Assembly: GCA_947631075.1 (NCBI GenBank)
Contig: CANRJU010000001.1
Coordinates: 1 to 49,335, forward strand
DNA length: 49,335 bases
Direction: 5' to 3'
Source of the DNA: an uncultured Lachnospiraceae bacterium
GTDB lineage: Bacteria > Bacillota > Clostridia > Lachnospirales > Lachnospiraceae
Shown: positions 18,295-28,117 of the stretch, piece after piece
Layout of the letters: every line of letters begins with the position of its first letter
Numbering within the stretch: the first letter of the stretch is position 1
Translations under genes and position numbers: made by a program
The notes under the pieces: generated by a model
What the model saw: only the letters and a program-made list of their open reading frames with translations
Databases searched by the model: none
What the model was told of the DNA's origin: nothing

Positions 18295-21210
18295 TTATAT
18301 CCTTTCCGTCCGATACGAATACAGATCAGCGTTTGCATAGGTATGCTTGTTTTTCTTTGTGTACTCGCGATCTGTCAGCGCATAGACTGTATTTTCTAAA
18401 TATTTATCATAGTAATGGTAATAATAGAGGCCGTCACCATCTGAATCGGTTATATAAAGAACTGTGTCGCCAACATAAACAATTCGTACTGGATTAACCA
18501 TCAATTTCGTCACACCTTTCTTATTTGTGTGACTATCGAATGAGAACTCGTATCTCTCACCATTATATCCTGTGGTATACATCACGCCACTATAAACCGG
18601 ACAATATCCCTCAGAAGTGTCCTCCATTCCCTGAAATTCTATCTTATCAATATAACAGGTTCTGATTGATATATGACCAGCGCCTTCATTAAACTCATCT
18701 GTAATTGAATCAATTACAATTCTGCGATTTCTAAAACGAAGCAGGTTCTGATCGCCAACAATACAATCTCCTTCTGCTATAACTTCTTTCACCGTTTTAA
18801 ACAAACCGCCAGAAATAATGCTAATCTCGTAATGATAATTTCCGATTGGCATATCTTCCGGGATTTCGACAAACTCTGTGTTTTTGTCTAATTTAAATTC
18901 AATCGGAGCATCAGCCTCTCCATATAATGATAAGGCAAATGTCCGGTCGGATTTACCAATAAAAGTACCACCCTGATTCCAGAAGAGCTTATGGCCTTCT
19001 GTCCAGAACTCCGGCCTGCCAAGAAATCGCTCCTTATAACAAATCCTAGCTAACTGATATTCATTGCTCTGCCTGCTACCGGCAACTCTCATTTCAACAT
19101 CCGCAAGAGAAAAGTTTTCAGCATTACAGAAAGATTGAAGCACATTACCAATCGTAACCACCCCCTGGCCATCATACATAACATCTTTTCCGCCAACAAA
19201 AAACTTTACATCTATCTTCGGCGGCGCTGAAATTCTTAACAGACTTGTCTGCGGAATATCTCCTATATACCATGCCTGAGCAGAACCATCCAGCCACGTC
19301 CCACTGGTTTCTTGAACATCAATCCTCGGAATAGCGGCATGCAGTTCGCCGTTTCTATATGGAATCCGAACTTCTCTTGCATTTGCATCAAATGACACGC
19401 TTTCCGAAAAATCATCAATGTTAATCCGATACTCAGCATCCTGATAATCAGAAGCAGAATAATAAAATTCTCTGTTGAAGCTGCACGATGCTTGCCTAAC
19501 AAGAACAAAGCTCCTATCAAACATCAAATGTTCATTTGCCAGATTAATAACCTGCAGCCTGCAGGTGTCCTTATCTCCCAACAGAGGAAATGTAAAGACC
19601 AACCCATTATCCGAAGAAAAAAGCGACGAGAAATCTATCCGTTGTTCATCTCGAAGAATTACATACTTTTGAAGATAATCCAAGTTGCCCAGAATAATCC
19701 TGCAAACACTATTATAATATGCGAAATAACATTCCTGTCCGTCTACTTCTACACACGGAAGCATCGAAGACTCGGAAGGCGCAATCACACGGATGTCTAT
19801 TCCATTTTCACTGTCGAAGGCAACTAATCTATCATCAACCGATATTACATAACCATCTTTCAACTCAAGAAAAAATGCCTGTAATCCAAAATTCTTAAAT
19901 CCGTCAATTTTCGTAATTTCAGCATTCTCCGCTTTCAGTACAGATGCTCTTGGTATGACAAGCGTATAATTATCTTTTTTTATCTGGCTGGTATTATATT
20001 CATTGCTGCCATAAAAAATCCAAGTTCTGCGATTAAGTGTATCCTTGGAATTATAAATTTCTTCGTCGTTACAGGTTATTATAACCTGGATGCCTATTGC
20101 CTCAGTGCCGGTAGGAACCGCTGGAAGAGATAATGATACGCCATTCAAAGTTTTACCCAGCTCATTTCCGTACCAGCTCATATTTTGCTGACAGGCAATG
20201 GAACCATTATAATAAACAGCTACAACAGCCCTGTTGATTTTTTCGCTCTTTAATCGAATATCCGGCAAAACAAGCCGAATATCTGTTTCATTTTTCAAAA
20301 TGTATTTTGCGTGAATACGAGAATAATCAATTGCAACGTCCCTCATCCCACTCAGGCTTTGACGCTCCGCACACTTTGTATTGGCAATCGCCGTAATCTT
20401 CTCCTTAAACCATTCTTCACAAAGCAGTTCTTCATAAGTCTTAGCCGATTTATCTCCCGAATTAACCATAGCATCTATTTTTAATATGAGTTTTTCAAAC
20501 AGCCCTCTGGTAAACATTGGTCTAAATTGAACAAGTTTCCGAATACCTTCCTGGAAAGAATATGCTTTCGAGCTAATCGTCAGTTCTATATCTTCGCTGC
20601 CATCTCCGGCTAATTTTTGCTGAAGAGACCGAATCATAACTTCAAGAAGAGGATCTCCAGGGATTATCTTCCAATTCAAATTGTTTTTATAAAAATCGAA
20701 CAAAAAATCAAAAAGTGCCATCCACGATTTTCGAGTAGCAAGAGCATGAATGACTGCTGTGGACTTAAATGCGCGACCGTTTGATCCCTCTATAAAAAGA
20801 CGGTGATTCTTCTTCATTGCACTTTCTAACGAAGACTGCAAAAGATGTACTACAGAACCGCTTGCGTCACGGTATCCGAATTGAAGAGCAATATAATTCC
20901 AGAAGTTACCGTTCTCTTCATTTTTCCAGTTCTTGGCATTATTGACCAAAGCCAAAGTTATCTGCATCTTCGCACGCAGAGACAACTCTATCTCCGGATA
21001 TCGTAAGACTGTATCAATGTATTTTCTGGAATATGCATTTAGCTTATCAAGTTCTTTCTGCTTTATGATTTTGCTGCCAATTAACGGATACTGTGCAAAT
21101 ACCTTCTCCTCAAATTTCCCTTTACTCTGACGCACCTCCATGTCTTTTTCCGAGACATCTACCACCATATCCGATCTCTCAGTAGTGCGTGCAAACTTTC
21201 TTTTATCCAT
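18295..21210 (-). CDS. Large hypothetical protein, helicase partner (DruH-like position)
   Basis: ~970 aa ORF ending 2 bp before the helicase start; helical-looking N-terminus (FWNYIALQFG, FDFLFDFY) and beta-rich remainder; start uncertain (track gives 21282). Confidence 0.7.
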   Translation of the reverse strand: MDKRKFARTTERSDMVVDVSEKDMEVRQSKGKFEEKVFAQYPLIGSKIIKQKELDKLNAYSRKYIDTVLRYPEIELSLRAKMQITLALVNNAKNWKNEENGNFWNYIALQFGYRDASGSVVHLLQSSLESAMKKNHRLFIEGSNGRAFKSTAVIHALATRKSWMALFDFLFDFYKNNLNWKIIPGDPLLEVMIRSLQQKLAGDGSEDIELTISSKAYSFQEGIRKLVQFRPMFTRGLFEKLILKIDAMVNSGDKSAKTYEELLCEEWFKEKITAIANTKCAERQSLSGMRDVAIDYSRIHAKYILKNETDIRLVLPDIRLKSEKINRAVVAVYYNGSIACQQNMSWYGNELGKTLNGVSLSLPAVPTGTEAIGIQVIITCNDEEIYNSKDTLNRRTWIFYGSNEYNTSQIKKDNYTLVIPRASVLKAENAEITKIDGFKNFGLQAFFLELKDGYVISVDDRLVAFDSENGIDIRVIAPSESSMLPCVEVDGQECYFAYYNSVCRIILGNLDYLQKYVILRDEQRIDFSSLFSSDNGLVFTFPLLGDKDTCRLQVINLANEHLMFDRSFVLVRQASCSFNREFYYSASDYQDAEYRINIDDFSESVSFDANAREVRIPYRNGELHAAIPRIDVQETSGTWLDGSAQAWYIGDIPQTSLLRISAPPKIDVKFFVGGKDVMYDGQGVVTIGNVLQSFCNAENFSLADVEMRVAGSRQSNEYQLARICYKERFLGRPEFWTEGHKLFWNQGGTFIGKSDRTFALSLYGEADAPIEFKLDKNTEFVEIPEDMPIGNYHYEISIISGGLFKTVKEVIAEGDCIVGDQNLLRFRNRRIVIDSITDEFNEGAGHISIRTCYIDKIEFQGMEDTSEGYCPVYSGVMYTTGYNGERYEFSFDSHTNKKGVTKLMVNPVRIVYVGDTVLYITDSDGDGLYYYHYYDKYLENTVYALTDREYTKKNKHTYANADLYSYRTERI

Positions 21211-21302
21211 TTTTTCATCACCAGATTTCTTTATAGTATATGCGAGGACGGGGCTTTTCAGGAACAACGCCCTCTTTATCACAATGTTTATAAGAGTTTA
21301 TT

Positions 21303-22748
21303 TCATTCGTCACCAATGTCAGAAAGCGACTTATAATCCATTACCTCCTGGGCCAATTCAGGATCATCAATAACTTCAAGGGCTTTCTCATACCAGTAAA
21401 TAGCTTTCTTCATGCTTTTATCTACGCCACATCCTTCCCGATAACAAAGACCAAGCAACTTCATCGCAGTTCCATTTCCCTGCTCAGCAGATTTCATGTA
21501 GAGTTCAAATCCTTTTTTCGGATTTGTGGGAACATCGTCTCCCACAAGATAAATAGAACCAAGCATGTATTGACAAATATCATTACCAAGTTCAGCTCCT
21601 CGCCTATAATGTTCAATTGCCTTTCCCATATCTGAAGCAACGCCTAGTCCTTTTTCATACGCATAACCAAGTACCCATTCCGCAGCAACGATGCCAGCAG
21701 CCTCCGCTTCCTCGGCGAGCGCAACACTCTTTTGATTAAAAATGTCATAAAAATCATCTCCCAGCATTGTGCCGAGCCACAAATATGCGCGAGCCAGATC
21801 TACTTTCGCAGACAGATCGCCTGTTGAAATTTTTTCCTTTAAATCAACAATTTCACGAAGTCTTGATGCATACAACACGGCTTCTTCATTACCATTCAAT
21901 AGGGCTCTTCCTATCCAATGTAAAGCCTGTTCAAAATTCTGCTCAACACCCTGGCCTTTAATGAATAAGATTGCCAAATTGAAACATCCCATAGGATTAT
22001 CAAGTTCAGCCAATTTGAAAAGCCAATAAGCCGCCTTCCCCGGATTCGACTCAATGCCATTATTCTCATCACCATTCAAATAAGCGACTGCAACTTGTTC
22101 CATTGCAATTTCATTGCACGCCTCTGCTGCTTCCAGTTTTTTTTCAAAGGACATCTTTTCAATCATTTCAGTATTTTTCATTTCATCCGGATATGGCCTC
22201 ATCTCCTGTCTTTTTAGTGTAGTTGACAATATACACACCAAAGAAGGACGCTTCATACCGGATACTCGTTCGAATATCATATCGCTCTTTTGACGTTTAA
22301 CCAGTATCCCCTCTGTATTCATATCTAAATTTGCAAACTGATCCATCAGATTATTATTAACGATATACTCTCTAAGTATAACGCTCGCTTTTAAAGCATT
22401 TATCATTATCCCTGAAATAGCCGCGCTATGCAAGACAATATCATCTTTAACAATATCTGGATCTTTACCATTAGTATGGAGCGCAATGATTAAAGCTGCA
22501 TTATCCTCATCGTAACAATTATGTTCACTGCGATAATAGAAAGAAAGTATAATATCATCACCTGCTTTGATTGTCAAATGGTATGGCACACTGATAAAAT
22601 CAAAGCTGCAATCGTCGATACTGCTAAATTTTCTATATATTTCTCGTTCATCATAATTTCGTTCAACAAACTTTTCGGTGAACCAAAGACAATCATCCGA
22701 CTCTATGAAAAAATGAAGTCCTTTAACTAAAGTCTTTTCCTCTGCCAT
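21303..22748 (-). CDS. Sel1-like repeat protein with unknown N-terminal domain
   Basis: Repeated LG..Y..G.GV..D..KA..WY patterns in the C-terminal half; start placed after the GGAGG RBS. Confidence 0.85.
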   Translation of the reverse strand: MAEEKTLVKGLHFFIESDDCLWFTEKFVERNYDEREIYRKFSSIDDCSFDFISVPYHLTIKAGDDIILSFYYRSEHNCYDEDNAALIIALHTNGKDPDIVKDDIVLHSAAISGIMINALKASVILREYIVNNNLMDQFANLDMNTEGILVKRQKSDMIFERVSGMKRPSLVCILSTTLKRQEMRPYPDEMKNTEMIEKMSFEKKLEAAEACNEIAMEQVAVAYLNGDENNGIESNPGKAAYWLFKLAELDNPMGCFNLAILFIKGQGVEQNFEQALHWIGRALLNGNEEAVLYASRLREIVDLKEKISTGDLSAKVDLARAYLWLGTMLGDDFYDIFNQKSVALAEEAEAAGIVAAEWVLGYAYEKGLGVASDMGKAIEHYRRGAELGNDICQYMLGSIYLVGDDVPTNPKKGFELYMKSAEQGNGTAMKLLGLCYREGCGVDKSMKKAIYWYEKALEVIDDPELAQEVMDYKSLSDIGDE

Positions 22749-22835
22749 AGCATAACCCTCCCTAAACCTCAAATCTGCTCAAATCAATCTCCATACTTAT
22801 TACCTTCTGGTAGTATCTGAGTGTCCCAAAAAGAC

Positions 22836-23777
22836 TCATAATCCCGTCCCTTTGTCAATCACTTCTATCATATTTCCCTGCCCCCTCAACCAAATATCAA
22901 CGCCATCTCCATACACTTCGGCCTTAATCGTCCAGCCGGTCTCATCATGTTCTATGATCTCCGCCGTCGGAAAACGATCCAGCACAGCCTCAATGCTCAG
23001 GCCTTTGTACTTAAACTTGATTGTCCTCAATTCACCGCCAAACATGAATTGAATCCTCTTTCGGAATTCGCCCTCCTGAAAGCGGTCGGCATATGGTACA
23101 CGAAAATGCTCGTCCAGAATTTCATACTCTGCAATGCGGTCTATCCTATAAATCGTAGGGAATGGCCGTTTGGGAACATCAGGCATTTCTTCGCTGACAG
23201 AGATATAAGCGCAAAGATAAAAGTAGTATTCCGAAAACATGATTCCTACTGGCTGAATCAGCCGTTTCACCTTGTCCGGCTCTTTTAGCTTCTGATAGCG
23301 AATACGCATCAACCGATGTTCATACACCGCACTGCCAATATTCCACATGTCATCCACAAATTTTCTACCGTGATGCGGCTCCAGATAATGAAACTTCTCA
23401 TTACTGATCAAATTCTGCACCTGCTTATAATTTGGGTAAGGCACGCAGCACTGCAAAAGTTTGTCAATGATCGGATACATTTCCTCTTTAACAAGCGACC
23501 GACTTTCAAGAAGAATCTTGCACACCGTAAGAATTTCGCTGTTTGTTAGAGTATTCCTTCTGCTCTGAACCAGAACGTAACCCTTCTGAGAGCGATCATA
23601 AATCAGTTCCCGATTAGATTCCGGATCATTTGCAAAGTAAGCCCGGATATCGTCGATATCCCGCTGAATAGTTCTTTCATTGACTCCGTATCGGGCAGCC
23701 TCGTCTGCTTTAACCAGAATTTCTCCGTCCATAATGCGGTTATACAGACTGATTATTCTTGCAACTTTTTTATCCAT
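22836..23777 (-). CDS. WYL-domain transcriptional regulator (HTH-WYL-WCX)
   Basis: HTH YGVNERTIQRDIDDIR; WYL PVGIMFSEYYFYL...YRIDRI; C-terminal WLRGQG. Confidence 0.92.
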   Translation of the reverse strand: MDKKVARIISLYNRIMDGEILVKADEAARYGVNERTIQRDIDDIRAYFANDPESNRELIYDRSQKGYVLVQSRRNTLTNSEILTVCKILLESRSLVKEEMYPIIDKLLQCCVPYPNYKQVQNLISNEKFHYLEPHHGRKFVDDMWNIGSAVYEHRLMRIRYQKLKEPDKVKRLIQPVGIMFSEYYFYLCAYISVSEEMPDVPKRPFPTIYRIDRIAEYEILDEHFRVPYADRFQEGEFRKRIQFMFGGELRTIKFKYKGLSIEAVLDRFPTAEIIEHDETGWTIKAEVYGDGVDIWLRGQGNMIEVIDKGTGL

Positions 23778-23840
23778 TCATCACCATCCTCTCTCGCTAT
23801 AACTGCCTCCATACTATACATATTTTAGCAAATAGGCACT

Positions 23841-23853
23841 GACAGAATCTGTC
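23841..23853. promoter_or_regulatory. Palindromic putative WYL operator
   Basis: GACAGA-A-TCTGTC perfect inverted repeat 13 bp upstream of a TAAAAT box in front of the WYL gene. Confidence 0.5.
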
Positions 23854-23870
23854 TATCTTGAAATTTTCTT

Positions 23871-25268
23871 TTACCAATTATCCAAATCTGACAACAGATC
23901 GTTGACAGAATTTTTTTCGCTGCCGCCATCCATCTCCTTTAATTTTAGGTAAACCCGTGCCGTAGTAACCGCATCTGCCAATGCTCTGTGAGCCTGCGGG
24001 TTTTCTATATCAAGTTTCTCCGACAGTTCTTCCAGGGAGACAGTCCTGGCATCTATTATGTCTAGCTGCTCTTTAAACTGAGTCGCGTAACGCTTTACAT
24101 CAAAATATTTATTCTGAATTTTAATACGTGCGTACCGGCCGGCTCTGACCATAAATTTGCTGTCAAAAGCCATACAGTTGAAGCCAAGCAAAATATCGTC
24201 TCCGGCAAATTTCATGAAATCCTCAAAGACCTCCCACATTTCCCGGGCATCTTTGACGTCATCCGCTGTTATACCGGTAAGCTGCTGAATCTCATCGGAG
24301 ATCTTCTGTTTATACGGCTTTACAAGTTCCTGAAAGATAAATTCAGCCTTTTCTATAACCTGCCCGCCACATACGCGAATAGCGCCAATCTCGATGATAG
24401 AATCTTTTGAGGAACTGAGCCCAGTCGTTTCCAAATCAAAGGCTACAAAGCTGTCAAAATCCGCCTCTCGCGTTTCTACTGGATTAGGGTATTGATCCAG
24501 TGGGATTGGCGTCGGCGCTTTCTTTCTCGGTTTGGGCATGGCAGCCTCAATGCCAATACTCTCCAGAAAATCAACATATTTCTGCCTTACCTCATCACGA
24601 TTTTCTCTCGGATTTGGCATATATTCCGGTTTACCTGCTTCTGCCTTTTCACGCTGTTTTTTGTTCCTCTCAGCGCAGCTCTGCATGGTCTGAACCGCGG
24701 ATGTGTCATTTTCAAACCGTCGCAGCGCATCGGCAATCACCTCTCCCGCAGCGTCATATCTGCGGGTATTTATGTAAAATTCCGCCAAGTTATAACAGGC
24801 CTGCCAGGGAATATCCTCAGATTCACTAAGCCGGGAAGCAATCTTGTCTGCTGCCGAATAATCATAGTCCATATAGAAGGCTCCAAGAGCAATGCCGTGA
24901 AGCCTGTTCTTCTCGTCCTCCGTCAGACCGTCATTATCTTTTATCGTTTCGTAAATCTCATAAAACCACTGTCTGCTGTCTTTTGGCACATTGGAAGTAG
25001 ATGCGCTTGAAAAAGCAGCAGCAATCGCCAGTACTCTTTGATATTCTTTTCTTGGTGTCGGCAGATAATCACTGACTGCAAATACCAGATTTCTCAAATT
25101 AACAGAACTGTTGAACTCGCTGCATAGGTTTTCCCAGATTGGATTTTCTCCGGAACCCGGTTTATAAGCAATCAATTCCTGACACAACGCTTCTAGATCT
25201 GCTCCGTTTCTGCAACTGTCACACAGGCAGAAATCATTTTCTTTCCCGCACTTTATACATATAGCCAT
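23871..25268 (-). CDS. Zn-finger / TPR-like / DEDDh 3'-5' exonuclease fusion
   Basis: N-terminal CIKC..CDSC; central helical TPR-like region; FDLETTG, FNCMAFD and HRALADA Exo motifs; start after AAGGAGG. Confidence 0.85.
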   Translation of the reverse strand: MAICIKCGKENDFCLCDSCRNGADLEALCQELIAYKPGSGENPIWENLCSEFNSSVNLRNLVFAVSDYLPTPRKEYQRVLAIAAAFSSASTSNVPKDSRQWFYEIYETIKDNDGLTEDEKNRLHGIALGAFYMDYDYSAADKIASRLSESEDIPWQACYNLAEFYINTRRYDAAGEVIADALRRFENDTSAVQTMQSCAERNKKQREKAEAGKPEYMPNPRENRDEVRQKYVDFLESIGIEAAMPKPRKKAPTPIPLDQYPNPVETREADFDSFVAFDLETTGLSSSKDSIIEIGAIRVCGGQVIEKAEFIFQELVKPYKQKISDEIQQLTGITADDVKDAREMWEVFEDFMKFAGDDILLGFNCMAFDSKFMVRAGRYARIKIQNKYFDVKRYATQFKEQLDIIDARTVSLEELSEKLDIENPQAHRALADAVTTARVYLKLKEMDGGSEKNSVNDLLSDLDNW

Positions 25269-25282
25269 AGTGTTGTTCCTCC

Positions 25283-28117
25283 TTACGCTTTTTTGCATAC
25301 ATACCGCATATCGCAGAATGTGCATGCATACGAGTTTGTAACGCTTCCGTCAAAATTTTTATTTTCAATATTTTTTATGGTCTCTGATATTTCCGCCACC
25401 GTATGATCGATGGATGATCTGGTACGCTCAAAGGTAATCAGAGGATTGTCATTCTGGCAGCTGGTATAGTACAGATGCATCCGTTTTACCCTTTTACCAT
25501 ACCGCTTTTCAACCAGATACGCATAAATCTCTAACTGCTTCCTATAATGCTCTACCCGCTCCGGATAATTACAGACGTCAGGCTTAGGACCTGTCTTGTA
25601 GTCCACAATCTCCACCGTATTTCCCTGACCTTCAATCAGATCAACAACACCCTGCAGAATATAGTCTGGCAGCACCAGATTTATTTCTTCCTCGGCCCGC
25701 CATACCCTGCCAAGCTCATCTTTCCTGCGATGGTAATATCGAATGACCTGCTGCAGCGCATTTCCCCTCTGCTCGTCTGTCAGGAAATATCCCGTTTGCT
25801 CCTGCATGCTTTGGTAGTTCAGCACAAACCACTCTTTAATCGCATCTTCATTAACGCGATCCTGTCTGCCCGCAATAATACACTTGTTCATGTCCTCCAA
25901 TGTTGCATGGACCAGGGAGCCGACGGATGTATGGAACATCCTGTTCTGAGCAAAGCCATATTCCTTGTAGTACTTATACTGCGTCGGACAGCCCTCATAG
26001 ACAGAGATATGGGATGTAAAGGAATATACATGCTTATAATTCACCGCCTTCACATCCGCGAAGGGAACCTTACTCGTAAAGATTCCTGCATCCGGCATCT
26101 GCACCAGATATTCTCCAAAGTACTTGCTGTCCGTTTTCTTCGTTGCAAGAACCAGCAGGTTCTGAGCTCTGGAAAAAGCTGTATAATACAATCTCCAGAA
26201 GTCGAAGAACTTGATATCTGCCATCGGCTCAAATGGCTGCCGTCGAAAAAACCTGCTCTCGGCTGAATACAGCAGGGGATCGCTGGTCCGCCTTGGCACG
26301 CTCCCCAAGGAACCAACCACAACGGCTGGAAATTCCAATCCCTTGGACTGATGAATGGTCATAAAGGAAACGCAGCCGCTTGGAGCGTATTCTGACTCAT
26401 CCTCATATTCTCCAATGCCATCCTCAATCATATATTTGAAATAAATATTGAAAAGTTCCTCCGGCATTGCCAGCTTATTATCCGCAGAAACATTGTGCAT
26501 ATCATGCAGGAAGGAAAAACGGCTGAACATCCGAGACAGCTCCGAAAGATTTCTGGCTGCTCTGCTCTTTATCACATTGTCCCGCGTACCGACCTGCAAG
26601 TATCCCCTGAACGGCTCATAGGCAATCATGTGATAGAAAATGTCAAGCAGGCAGAAATCCGAGGCTCCTTTAAGTTCCTGAATCTCATTTTTAACCTTAT
26701 CAATGTACTGCATCAAAGATACGTCAGTTTTTGCAAACGGCAATGCCGCCTTAAGGCAGCCGATGTAATATTGGCGCACTCCTTTACTAATTCCATGAAG
26801 GAACATGTTCCTCTTCAAATCCATCATGTAGCTTGTAAAACACATGATGATACATCCGAGAAGCTGCTTTACCTCTGCTCGTTCAAAGAACATATCCGAT
26901 CTCGGCGAATACACCGGGACGCCATTTTTCTCAAACCATGCGCCAATCTCCATAGCTTCCTTGCTCTTAACCGAGCGAAACAGAAAGGCAACCTGGTTAT
27001 AATTACTAATATTGCCTCTGGATTTCAAATCCATAACCAGCTTTAAAAGTTCGGCCTTCTCATCATCTATCGAATCACCGCCGCAAGAATACACGGATGC
27101 TTTAGAAAACAGCGGCTTCTTTCCGGCTATGATTTTTTTTGCATAACGGTACTTATCCCAATTAAAGAGATTGATGCCGTCCATATTCTCCATCCACCGG
27201 TTATAAAAGTCGATAATGCCAGGCTCGGACCGATAGTTGATATCCAGATGAATAACTTTACATGTATCAAACTTATCCGGAAATTCCAATATATTTCGGA
27301 TTGTAGCCCCGCGGAAGCGGTACATGCCCTGATCGTCATCGCCAACCACACAGATATTCTTTCGATCACCGGCAAGCAGCAGAACAATCTGCTCCTGAAT
27401 ATAGTTTGTATCCTGATACTCATCTACCATAATGTATCGGATGTTATCCTGGATTTTTGACAATATCTCCGGTTGCTTCATGAGCATGTCATATGTTTTT
27501 GTCTGTATGGACGAGAAATCCATTGCATTATTACGCGCAAGGAGCTCCTGATACCTGCGCACAAGCTTTGCAAGAAACCTCATGTCTTCATCGCGGTCTA
27601 CTTCCATAGCGTCAACGTCTACCAGTTCCTCCATCAGATGATTCACATAACGACAGATTTCCAGAGACTGTTTCCAGGGATTCCTTGCGGAAATATGTCT
27701 TTTAAAATTGCCAAAGCAGTTAAAACTGTCTATATTGCGGCAAACAAGATATGTCTGCTCAAAGGCATCCAGCATGCGGCATCTGCCGGTTTCTTCCGCG
27801 TATCCGGAACTTTCCTTAAGAATACGGAGGCACACAGAATGGAAGGTTCCAATATACATCTCATTTATGTTCAGATTCAGATCGACAAACTCATTAGAGA
27901 TTCTGGTGAGTAATTCTCTACCGGCTTTTTCCGTAAAGGTCACTACCATAATCTCGCCGGGCTTCACGCCTTTTTCCCTAACGAGGTAGGATATCCGCTT
28001 TACCAGAGTGAATGTCTTTCCCGTTCCCGGGCCGGCAATCATCAACACCGGACCTTCTGTCGCCAGAATCGCTTCCTTCTGCGCATCATTTGCAAGCCCA
28101 AAATCAAATGAACTCAT
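25283..28117 (-). CDS. UvrD-like SF1 helicase with C-terminal PD-(D/E)XK nuclease
   Basis: AGPGTGKT, VDEYQD, GDDDQ, INYRS, TIHQSKGLEF and YTAFSRA motifs; nuclease GVVDLI..VDYKTG..QLEIY; Cys pattern CP...CTFC....C suggests an Fe-S cluster. Confidence 0.9.
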   Translation of the reverse strand: MSSFDFGLANDAQKEAILATEGPVLMIAGPGTGKTFTLVKRISYLVREKGVKPGEIMVVTFTEKAGRELLTRISNEFVDLNLNINEMYIGTFHSVCLRILKESSGYAEETGRCRMLDAFEQTYLVCRNIDSFNCFGNFKRHISARNPWKQSLEICRYVNHLMEELVDVDAMEVDRDEDMRFLAKLVRRYQELLARNNAMDFSSIQTKTYDMLMKQPEILSKIQDNIRYIMVDEYQDTNYIQEQIVLLLAGDRKNICVVGDDDQGMYRFRGATIRNILEFPDKFDTCKVIHLDINYRSEPGIIDFYNRWMENMDGINLFNWDKYRYAKKIIAGKKPLFSKASVYSCGGDSIDDEKAELLKLVMDLKSRGNISNYNQVAFLFRSVKSKEAMEIGAWFEKNGVPVYSPRSDMFFERAEVKQLLGCIIMCFTSYMMDLKRNMFLHGISKGVRQYYIGCLKAALPFAKTDVSLMQYIDKVKNEIQELKGASDFCLLDIFYHMIAYEPFRGYLQVGTRDNVIKSRAARNLSELSRMFSRFSFLHDMHNVSADNKLAMPEELFNIYFKYMIEDGIGEYEDESEYAPSGCVSFMTIHQSKGLEFPAVVVGSLGSVPRRTSDPLLYSAESRFFRRQPFEPMADIKFFDFWRLYYTAFSRAQNLLVLATKKTDSKYFGEYLVQMPDAGIFTSKVPFADVKAVNYKHVYSFTSHISVYEGCPTQYKYYKEYGFAQNRMFHTSVGSLVHATLEDMNKCIIAGRQDRVNEDAIKEWFVLNYQSMQEQTGYFLTDEQRGNALQQVIRYYHRRKDELGRVWRAEEEINLVLPDYILQGVVDLIEGQGNTVEIVDYKTGPKPDVCNYPERVEHYRKQLEIYAYLVEKRYGKRVKRMHLYYTSCQNDNPLITFERTRSSIDHTVAEISETIKNIENKNFDGSVTNSYACTFCDMRYVCKKA

